Below are positions 39,022 through 47,703 of a DNA stretch of 64,000 nt, piece by piece (positions within the stretch are counted from its first letter, which is position 1; each line of letters begins with the position of its first letter). Source of the stretch: Giardia intestinalis. Its lineage: Eukaryota. Made by a program: the position numbers and the translations under genes. Below the pieces are notes generated by a model. The model was not told where the DNA came from and ran no database searches. It worked only from the letters and a program-made list of their open reading frames with translations. Where the stretch lies: assembly GCA_000002435.2 (NCBI GenBank), contig CM018791.1. The stretch is one strand, 5' to 3'.

Positions 39022-42000
39022 TCAGACTTGATCTGATTGCCTGAGCCGTGCCTGGACCTCCTCTAGACAATTGTCCATCTTCTCCACCCGCTCAATGTCA
39101 CGCCCGACATCTAGAGCGTGTCCCAGACAGTTCCTCTTTAAATGCCTATACTGGTGATACAACAGGTCATGACTGTTCGGGAAGTAGAACCTGCGGATAA
39201 ACGTGTACATCACATCAGGGAGGAGAGCGGCAAACACCACAGAAGAGACGGTCACCCAAAAGTGCAGGGTGTGGCTAGCGAATGACATCGTATTCAGGAG
39301 TGTCTCGGTGATTATGGTCGTGTAGTTGGTCAGCAGAAGCAGGATAACAAATACTGTGACGGTGAAGATCAGGGCTATGAGAGTCGCCCACGACCAGTAC
39401 TTTGTTTGGAGGCATATTTTTATCGTGACAATAAAGATCAGCTCATTGAGCAAGTAGTAACCAAACAGCGTTAGATCTATATTATGCCCATTCATCTCCG
39501 TCACATTATAACTAATAGCAAAACGAGTCAGAAAGTACATGCATAGAGAGTGATAGAACGCAATCAGAATGCGCAAGCCGATGCTCTTGATGTTAGTTTC
39601 TGGCTTTTTCTCAAACACAGAGTAAACCCGGGGATGCACCTCTAGAACGCGGTCCTTGATGTCGTGCTCCGTGAGTGCGTAGATGAAGATTGGAAAGAAC
39701 GTGAGAACTATATTATACATGGTCACCATCATGTCGTTGAACAGGATCTGGCTTGTGAAAAGACATTGACCACTGAACAAGCCGTTAACAAAGACCAGGA
39801 TCAAATTCTTGTAAATGCAGTACTCAATGAGCTCGCTGTTTCGCAGATGGGTGTAGTGGCCGTGCACGAAGAGCAGCCGGCGGAGATACTTAAACTCCGG
39901 CAGAGAGAAGTCGGACGAGTTAGACGCATGCAGGCCCTCGTTGCCCGCAATCCCCACCCCAATGTTCGCTGACTTAATCATCGGGCAGTCGTTCGCCCCG
40001 TCCCCGATGGCCAGTGTTGTTATGTACTTATCCCTGTTCCGGGTCATTGTTACTATTAACGCCTTTTCTTCTGGAGACAATCGGCAGCATACAACAGCCG
40101 TGGAGTGCATCGTTACGCTTAAGAGGAAATCGTGTAAATTATTCATGTAGATCAGCTTGAACACGTCGCTGTCAATCACGGTCGTGAACGGCACGGTTGT
40201 CTTGTACTCCTTCTTTTTCCGATAAAGCTCTGTGAATGAAAAGGCGTCCTTGAGCTGCCTCCCAAACTTGGTAAACTTCTGCTTAACGCTAGACACGTCT
40301 GAGGTTGGCTGTTGTGCTCCTGAGGGCTTCCTATCTTGAGGATGCTCAGATGTATCATAAGTGTTGTACTCTGCAGCGTCTTCGACCCTACGATGTATCA
40401 ATTTGCGCCGTTCCTTTATGACCGTCGGAGACACCCTCTTCTCAAATGCGTCAAGGAGCGTTATTAGTGCCAGTAGCTTGTTCTTTGTAGGGCTCTTTTC
40501 CAGCTTTTCAAGCACGAACTCAGATATGGGAGGGGCTACAACTTCGCCTTGCTTCAGCTTTTCCTCCATCAGAGTGACTTCTTCGTGTGTCAGATATAAC
40601 CACTCAGACTCTGCCGGGGCAAGGTTGCTGCTTCGAGCGATGTTAACTGCTGTCTGGGTCTTGTCACCCGTAAGCATCCACACCTTAATGCCTGCACTCA
40701 ATAGAGTCGCTAACGTCTCCGGAACCATATCTGCTAGGCGGTCCTCGATGGCAGAGGCCGCAAGGAAAGTCAGGTCTCGCTCGAGTCTCTTAGTATGAGA
40801 GATGTATTCAGGGTCACTGTCCGGCTTAATAGATACCTCCCTCCATGTCTTGAGAAAGTTATCTAAAAAGCCTGGGGAAAGCTCCCGAACCGCCCACACG
40901 AGAGTCCGGAGGCCCTCGCACGAAAAGTTGTCAATTGCCGCCTTAATTGGGGGTAGATTCATGGGGTTCTCCCCCAGGATGGGCTTACAGTATGGCAAGA
41001 GGAACGAATCTGCTCCCTTGCTCAACAAAAACGGATTTCCCGGAACGGTGCAGAGCTGAATGGGCGTAAAGAAAACGCGGCGCTTAGATCTGCTATATGA
41101 AAAGCGAGGGAAGCACACTACATCCTTCGGGTCAGGTGTAGGACAGGGTGATCCATTGACCAAATAAGGAGCGATCATTGACGTAAAGTGCTCGGATGGC
41201 TCGATGCCTTCCTCACAAAGGACTATTGACATGCGTTTCCGAGCAGAAGTGAAGGGCACCACAACTGGAAATGTGTAGGTAACAGGGACACTCACTTGTC
41301 GGGGGGCCACAGAGTCCTCGTTCAGTGAGAAGCTGTAATTATACCGAACATATTCTGCCTCACGACCTGTAATAACAAGACGAAAAGCTGCAGCAGCCTT
41401 TGCAAACGCGATTTCATCAGGCGATTCCCCTTGATAAACAAGAGTGCCACCCTTGTCACTAACGATTATTGTGTTGCAAAGGGCGAGGGCATATGTCATA
41501 AGATCACTGACGTGATTCTTCTCCTCTTTGGCCTCTAGAACTAGGGTGGAATGACTGATAGTACACAGTTCAAGCTTTCCTGCTGCAATAACTGTATCGT
41601 ACACACACTGGACTCCATCGAAGAGAGTATAGAATGAGTGGAATATCATCTCGTTACTCGTCAGCGTCCCTGTCTTGTCACTGAAAATAATGTCCACCTC
41701 AGCTAGGTCTTCGATCAGTGCAGACGCCTTGACGACACAATGGACCTTAGCTGGAGGCAGCGGGTCGTAGGCACGCTTGTCAAGCTGAGGGAGAAGCTCG
41801 GCTTTCCGTAACCGCGTGTCCATCTCTATAAAGATACCTTGAACCAACCGCACAAGCTCCAATGAAACAAAGAGCGACATGGGTAGGGCATATGAAAATA
41901 GAACAGCATACGACATCCCTCGCATCAGGAAGGTGCCGAACTTCTTTGTGTTTGGGAAGCCTGCATAAGGATACCTGGTCAGATAGTCGCCGTTCGTTGC

Positions 42001-43704
42001 TGCTGCTATTGCCCCACAGATGATAACCCCCGCTACAAGAAAGAGTATTTCCAAGAGGAGAACCCTATCTAATCTCTTCTGCACATGGCTTAGCTTCAAG
42101 GGAGGCTTTGTTTGGTTCATCATGAGACGTGTGTCATAGGCAGTGTAAATTACGGCTCCAACAGCCAACTCTGTATTTTGCAGCTTCATGCCTTTGAGCA
42201 AGGTGTTATCAGTGTTGAAGTGAAGAAGCTTGTGGGTGTTATCGGTAGTGTAATTGGGGCCAGCAGCAAGATTTGTAAGTGGAAAGGCTGATACCAAATC
42301 AAGGGTCTCCGTTAAGGGAAGCTCTCCGTTTGCTCTATCACACGCTTGTGCAACAGACGCAGCAAAGCCAGTCCGTGGCGTTGTGGTTATTGAAGACCGT
42401 GTTGCCATATCTCGACCTGCTTGGTCTACTGGACTATCTCTGCTAGCTTTGCTGCTGATGCTAGTTACTCTAGGGACAACAGAGTCAAGCTTATCAATGC
42501 TAAATCCGTGGGAGCTGGTTAGGTCCTTGGCAACTTCAGTGGGCTCTGATGAAGTCACTGCGAGATCTAAATCGATAGCCAACGAGCCGGCGCAACCGCT
42601 GGTTGGCTTCACAAAAGTATGCGAGGAATTTCCAACAGATGCATCATTCAGAATGGAGTCGCCATCCTCGCTGTTCTCAGCTATATTGCTGATACCAGCA
42701 GTTGATAACAGGTTATCGGCACGAACGCCAAGGGGCCCTGTTCCTGGTACAGTATCCTGAGCAGATGGACTTGACGGTTGATAGGAGGGATAGCGTGCAG
42801 AGACGTACACAGCAGAAAAGGGAGACGCCATTGATTTGAGATTTCCAGGTGTCTTGTTGACACCCGAGTAACCTCCCGCAACCGCAGGAGGTGGTGCATA
42901 AAGTGCCATGGATTTGATCGCCAGCCGCGCGGCAAAGTCGTTTGCTGTGCCTGCTCGTGCACCGGGGTCGTGAAAGCCTATGCCATACGGAGACCAATGA
43001 TAGCTGACCTTCCCCGTGAACAAGGTCAGATTAGAATTAGGTGGATACGCGGTTATACGCCCCCACAGTGTCCTGAGAAATGACAGAAGCTCCAATTCAT
43101 TGTTGTATGGACTAAGGTGCGTGAGGATAACATTTCTGGGTTTCAGATTACTCTCTCCATCCAAGCTTGCAGTGTTAACCATGGCAGTCTTTGTCTGAGA
43201 GCTGGAGATCATAAGAAGACAGTCTGCAGGCACCTCATCGCCGTCCCTAATGATGACCAGGTCTCCCTGTGAAATTTTCGAAGCCGGCAGGGACAGAACC
43301 TCTCCCTTTCGAACTATCTTGTAGACCTTGCTATTCGAGATTTTGTCTGACCTTGACCGTCCAATGTCCTCAATGATTTCTCGCACGGCAGATATCACAA
43401 GAATAAATATGACTGGTGTTATCAGTGTACCGAATCCCACAATTGCCAGCCCAGGAATGGAGTTACAAAGTAAAACCGTAAGGAAGAAAATATTGTTAGG
43501 CCGTTGGTACTGTTCAATTAAAAACTTGAAGATAAAATTATACCAGGTGTACTTGCATGTGCTGATATGGTTTGTTTTAGCGATGCCTTCATCAAAGAAG
43601 TTAAACAGGATTGCATTTTGCTTGTCTCCAGAAGCACTCGATGTCCTCTTTGAACTGCGCTTGCAGCACAATGAGTTACATTTGCAGCACTTCGGTCGCG
43701 CCAT
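39022..43704 (-). CDS. phospholipid-translocating P-type ATPase (P4-ATPase flippase)
   Basis: Motifs DKTGTLT (phosphorylation site), LDGESNLK, TGDKTQTAVNIA and GDGANDCPMIKSANIGVGIAGNEGLHASNSSDFSLPEFKYLRRLLFVHGHYTHLR (P4 hinge signature), with 10 TM segments. Contains a ~250-aa S/T/A/G-rich insertion after LDGESNLK. Confidence 0.9.
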   Translation of the reverse strand: MARPKCCKCNSLCCKRSSKRTSSASGDKQNAILFNFFDEGIAKTNHISTCKYTWYNFIFKFLIEQYQRPNNIFFLTVLLCNSIPGLAIVGFGTLITPVIFILVISAVREIIEDIGRSRSDKISNSKVYKIVRKGEVLSLPASKISQGDLVIIRDGDEVPADCLLMISSSQTKTAMVNTASLDGESNLKPRNVILTHLSPYNNELELLSFLRTLWGRITAYPPNSNLTLFTGKVSYHWSPYGIGFHDPGARAGTANDFAARLAIKSMALYAPPPAVAGGYSGVNKTPGNLKSMASPFSAVYVSARYPSYQPSSPSAQDTVPGTGPLGVRADNLLSTAGISNIAENSEDGDSILNDASVGNSSHTFVKPTSGCAGSLAIDLDLAVTSSEPTEVAKDLTSSHGFSIDKLDSVVPRVTSISSKASRDSPVDQAGRDMATRSSITTTPRTGFAASVAQACDRANGELPLTETLDLVSAFPLTNLAAGPNYTTDNTHKLLHFNTDNTLLKGMKLQNTELAVGAVIYTAYDTRLMMNQTKPPLKLSHVQKRLDRVLLLEILFLVAGVIICGAIAAATNGDYLTRYPYAGFPNTKKFGTFLMRGMSYAVLFSYALPMSLFVSLELVRLVQGIFIEMDTRLRKAELLPQLDKRAYDPLPPAKVHCVVKASALIEDLAEVDIIFSDKTGTLTSNEMIFHSFYTLFDGVQCVYDTVIAAGKLELCTISHSTLVLEAKEEKNHVSDLMTYALALCNTIIVSDKGGTLVYQGESPDEIAFAKAAAAFRLVITGREAEYVRYNYSFSLNEDSVAPRQVSVPVTYTFPVVVPFTSARKRMSIVLCEEGIEPSEHFTSMIAPYLVNGSPCPTPDPKDVVCFPRFSYSRSKRRVFFTPIQLCTVPGNPFLLSKGADSFLLPYCKPILGENPMNLPPIKAAIDNFSCEGLRTLVWAVRELSPGFLDNFLKTWREVSIKPDSDPEYISHTKRLERDLTFLAASAIEDRLADMVPETLATLLSAGIKVWMLTGDKTQTAVNIARSSNLAPAESEWLYLTHEEVTLMEEKLKQGEVVAPPISEFVLEKLEKSPTKNKLLALITLLDAFEKRVSPTVIKERRKLIHRRVEDAAEYNTYDTSEHPQDRKPSGAQQPTSDVSSVKQKFTKFGRQLKDAFSFTELYRKKKEYKTTVPFTTVIDSDVFKLIYMNNLHDFLLSVTMHSTAVVCCRLSPEEKALIVTMTRNRDKYITTLAIGDGANDCPMIKSANIGVGIAGNEGLHASNSSDFSLPEFKYLRRLLFVHGHYTHLRNSELIEYCIYKNLILVFVNGLFSGQCLFTSQILFNDMMVTMYNIVLTFFPIFIYALTEHDIKDRVLEVHPRVYSVFEKKPETNIKSIGLRILIAFYHSLCMYFLTRFAISYNVTEMNGHNIDLTLFGYYLLNELIFIVTIKICLQTKYWSWATLIALIFTVTVFVILLLLTNYTTIITETLLNTMSFASHTLHFWVTVSSVVFAALLPDVMYTFIRRFYFPNSHDLLYHQYRHLKRNCLGHALDVGRDIERVEKMDNCLEEVQARLRQSDQV

Positions 43705-44420
43705 CTAGTGCTATCTTCGTTAATAAACCGGTCGATACAAGTAATTAGGACACGAGGCCGAGAAAATTTTAAGATCTTTTTACGATTTTTTAAAATTAAA
43801 AGTGATGTTGATCTAATTATTGTTACAACACACTGGACGGTGCAGTTTATGCAATGATTAAGGAGATCCGTGTACTAGTAAGTGCAATCTAATATCAATT
43901 TACCTATAATTGTCTTCTTCATATCCACATCTTGGCACTTGTGCTCTTTATTAGACTGAGGGCGTCTCTATCAGGTCTATAGTTATCTCTTGTCTGGCCC
44001 TGAGCATCTTAGCTTCACATCCAAGTAGTCGAATTTAACTAGACGTTTAGTTTTCGATATGCGATGTACACAACGCAGATCCTTCTGTTCGGGGATCAAA
44101 GAGTCATGAGAAAACCACAATCGGATCCGCTAAATCTCTCTATTGACCGGTTTGACGGACTTTTTGTCACAGGCAAAATACACATTATCTGTTGGCCTTA
44201 AGAGATTGAGCTAGGACAAATGAAACAGCTGAAATTGCTGGACGACACTGAAAGAGGATATCTTGCAGCTGTATTGAGTGCTTCTCTTTAACTGCTTATA
44301 TAATTAGAAGTAAACAATGACAATCACTAGCTGGTCACTACTGAATTGTAGCCCCGTTGGAAGTAAAGCAGTAAGCCGAGCATTGAGCACAGTATCAAAA
44401 ACTTTTGCAAATTTCATCAA

Positions 44421-45500
44421 ATGACCATTTTTAGCGGCCCCCGTGGCTTGTTTGCGTGCTACTGTCTTGTCGCCGAGTCTTCAGAGTCCCCTAAACGTTG
44501 TTATATTGGGTTTACGAACAATCCTTTGCGCAGAATCCGGCAGCACAATAGAAAGATTGCCGGAGGTGCTCGGAAGACGTCTCGCTATGGCCCATGGCGA
44601 ATGGTCCTATTTGTTGGAGGATTTTCTACCAAAGTATCGGCCCTAAAGTTTGAGTATATCTGGACGTACCCTACTCGTAGCAGGTATGTGAACTGTATCT
44701 CTGCTACCTCACAGAAGTTACGCTTAGCATGCCCCCGAAGCATTTCAACGGCACTCGACGTCCTGGTCACGCTTTTAATCCATCCTCCCTTTTCTCTTCA
44801 GCCTCTCTACGTCGTACTTCTGGACGCTGAGGGTAATAGAGTTAAGTCCCAACTAGAACAGCACTCTGTCCCCGTATTTGTTAGCACTATGGAGGCTTTG
44901 CAAATAGAGCCGGGGGTGCGAGCACCGAGCGACATTATATATGCCCAATGTACTTCATCGAACGGGACAACCGACACAACGTTCACCGATGTCTGTCCTA
45001 TATGCCAAGACGGAGTATCTCCATCCAACGTCCAATGCATGCAGTGCAGTGCGCGTTTTTGTATCACCTGTGCTGGAAAGCTCTTCACAAGGCGAAATAC
45101 TTTGATACCTTGTTTCGGAAAGTGTCCAATATGTAAGAGAGAGTTTCAGTGGAAGGAAATGCTCAGAAAGCGGGCGGAAGAGCTTGTTGCCGGACGTAAA
45201 TCAGTACCTCATAAGACCCAAGCTGTTGATGGACAATCAAGCCTATCTCAGAACTCCTCCTATGATGATTATGACACCATCAGCTTACTATCTTCATCAT
45301 CTGAGCCAGAAAAGGATGATATTTCGAGAGACGAAAGCGGAACCGTTGCCAGCGTTCAGCCCGTATCCTCTGTGGCTCTAAGTGACTCTAGCAGATCACC
45401 AGCCACAACGTCCCCCACTAAGCCTCTTGCCATAGACCCTCTTCTCTCCTCACCTCGTCCCTGTGCCCTTCCATCTGATGTCATAAGTATCACAGATTGA
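44421..45500 (+). CDS. SLX1: structure-specific endonuclease subunit SLX1 (GIY-YIG nuclease + RING/PHD-type zinc finger)
   Basis: N-terminus FACYCLVAESSESPKRCYIGFTNNPLRRIRQHNRKIAGGARKTSRYGPWRMVLFVGGFSTKVSALKFEYIW matches the SLX1 URI/GIY-YIG consensus (YLL.S...YiG.T.nP.RRlrQHNG...GGA.kT...PWemv..v.GF.sk..AL.FEw.W). C-terminus CPICQ...CMQCSARFCITC...CPIC is a Cys-rich zinc finger. Confidence 0.8.
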   Translation: MTIFSGPRGLFACYCLVAESSESPKRCYIGFTNNPLRRIRQHNRKIAGGARKTSRYGPWRMVLFVGGFSTKVSALKFEYIWTYPTRSRYVNCISATSQKLRLACPRSISTALDVLVTLLIHPPFSLQPLYVVLLDAEGNRVKSQLEQHSVPVFVSTMEALQIEPGVRAPSDIIYAQCTSSNGTTDTTFTDVCPICQDGVSPSNVQCMQCSARFCITCAGKLFTRRNTLIPCFGKCPICKREFQWKEMLRKRAEELVAGRKSVPHKTQAVDGQSSLSQNSSYDDYDTISLLSSSSEPEKDDISRDESGTVASVQPVSSVALSDSSRSPATTSPTKPLAIDPLLSSPRPCALPSDVISITD

Positions 45501-45521
45501 TTTAGTTCAGAAAAATCGGAG

Positions 45522-47213
45522 ATGGGTGACACTCTCGGACTGGCTCTCGGGCGTGTGGGACGCTTCTTGTCACAACATTACTGGAACTTTGAGGCCCTAG
45601 CTGGGCTGACCGCTGATGGCCGTCCGCTAGAGCACGCCTTATCTTGCTTTTACGAAACCATGAATGGTGCTGTATCTAGGTCTATCTCCGTGGACTATAA
45701 AGACAACTATGGCCCTTTACCATGGGAAGGCATCTATAGCTTAGCAGACGGCTCTGCACTAGAGGACGTTTATGGCATCACAGGTCCGGATCAAGTTATT
45801 GATTCTAGAGCCGAGCTAAGCCTTTATCATCGGTATCTCAAGAATGGGGATGAAGAGGAAAGTCGAGCCTTGTATGCAGACGCTGGGGCCAAGTTCTTTC
45901 ATGCGTGGAAGCGTTTTAACAAGCTCTCGTCGCCAACGATGACACCAGCAGGAATCCCTGGGATTTCCGACGTTCGCATCAATTTCCATAAGACAGAAAG
46001 GTTTGCAACAGACTTCGCTGCACCAAACTCAACGTCTCCTTTTGCGCTTGAGCTTCCTAGAGCAAATTTGAGTCAATCAGAGGTCCCCTCAGATTACTTC
46101 AACGAGGCATCTACCACGGGGAATACGCACGCTATCCTATCGTCTATTTATGATATTGCTATGAAACAGTTGGAAAAGTGTGATAGGCTGGACTGTTTGG
46201 TCCTGTTCTTGGCATCGGATACTCACTGGGGAACTGTCCTCACAGATATCCTGGATGAGATCTTGCCAGAAGTGCCGCGCACATCAGCTTTACTCTATGA
46301 TATCATCGATTATAAGTCTCCAAATGAGCCGTCACCCCTTGTTTGTCCGAATCCTCTTCTGGCTTCTAAACGCAGAAAATGCTCTCAGATGTCACTGTGG
46401 CACAACATAGCTGACCGTCTAAGCTCATATGCCCTACTACCTCTTTCATATGCAAGCATCAGCAACTATTTTCGGAATGCATGCGCATCCGAAGTGGACA
46501 TAGAGACACCAGGTGCTGCTGAAAATGGGCTACGGGGTAATAGGCAGGCATGTTTAACTGATGCTAGTGCTGTTATGTCCTTGGCCGTTCATAGTTTTGT
46601 GCGTCAGGCTCGGACACACACGTATCGGCTCAGTAATGTGGTGGACGGACTTGTCCCAGTTTCTTATGGTAATATCTTGGCAACCGGTTTGAATATTTCT
46701 CTCACTGGGGGCTTCTATGAGCACACACTAGATCTCAGTGGGTTGGTAGCTGCTTATCTCCAAAGCCCGATAGACTCCTCTTTCGCTGCTGCGCGGAGCT
46801 TCTGCATAGACCCTCTGGATCTCAGCGCAAAACCACGTGGGTGGGTAAACTCCTACGTCAAGCAGTATGCCGAGCTCTTCCGACAGCCCATTATACGAAA
46901 TAGTCGCGGTCTTCTATTGAGAGGGCCTGTTCTTCAACTTCCAGACGCCTTTCCCCACATTTTCACTCAGCGCTGTGGACTCTCATACAGAACAGAGCTG
47001 CCGATAGCAGTGGAACTACGCAACACGCCGTACTATTATGCAAATCTGTGTGCCACTGAGAAGTTAATACAAGGGAGATCATCTTTTCGTGACGATAACT
47101 TGGAGCTAGAGGATACTCTTCAGTACCTCTGTGTCCTGAAGGATGTTTATAAACCATCGAGACACCTTGCTGGAATACAGATAAGCGACGACCGCAGCGG
47201 TAGTGAGCAATAG
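45522..47213 (+). CDS. Misato/DML1 homolog (tubulin/FtsZ-related, Misato segment II)
   Basis: N-terminus [24 protein letters not shown] compares with Misato [58 protein letters not shown] compares with Misato [34 protein letters not shown]. Confidence 0.7.
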   Translation: [563 protein letters not shown]

Positions 47214-47272
47214 CCGCCACATCAATCACCTAGACATTTACACTGGTGCCCCCAAAACGACTCACACGAACA

Positions 47273-47443
47273 CTAGGATCCTCGGGCCTTCTCAGCGGCC
47301 ATGGCGTCCCTCAGCTGCGTGAAATGTTTCACAGCAAACTCGTAGATATTACTCGGTTGTTCCCGGAGGACCTCGCGGCAGAGATCCATGAGCAGGCCCG
47401 GGAACTCCGGCGGATACTTCGCGTTTTGCACGAATTGGGACAT
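47273..47443 (-). CDS. small (56 aa) stand-alone RIIa dimerisation/docking-domain protein (missed by the 60-aa ORF cutoff)
   Basis: Translation MSQFVQNAKYPPEFPGLLMDLCREVLREQPSNIYEFAVKHFTQLRDAMAAEKARGS matches the PKA-RII N-terminal D/D domain ([38 protein letters not shown]). The ATG is preceded by the AT-rich tract aaatttactaaatgcgtgctatttttgcacaaaattagcagaacaac. Sits in a convergent gap between two larger genes. Confidence 0.55.
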   Translation of the reverse strand: MSQFVQNAKYPPEFPGLLMDLCREVLREQPSNIYEFAVKHFTQLRDAMAAEKARGS

Positions 47444-47703
47444 GTTGTTCTGCTAATTTTGTGCAAAAATAGCACGCATTTAGTAAATTTCCACAAATTC
47501 GCTTCTTGTGCACGTTGAGTAAAGGTGTAGCTGGAAAACGTGTTGCCCGGGTATGGACACTGCAAGACCTGCCAGCAAGAGCTATCGCCCCAGGGAACGA
47601 GACACAGGCTCCGGCCTGCATCTTGCTAGAGGGCTTGCGTCGCAGGCTGTCAAAAAAATATGATAGAATTGACTTTAAAATACTTTGTTGGTTTTCCATA
47701 AGA

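Noticed and set aside
44401-44460. Apparent 1-nt discrepancy between my manual coordinate count and the ORF-track start of SLX1 (ATG counted at 44420 versus the listed 44421).
   Set aside because: Stop codon and downstream coordinates agree with the track. This is probably a local counting slip in the formatted sequence; track coordinates were used.
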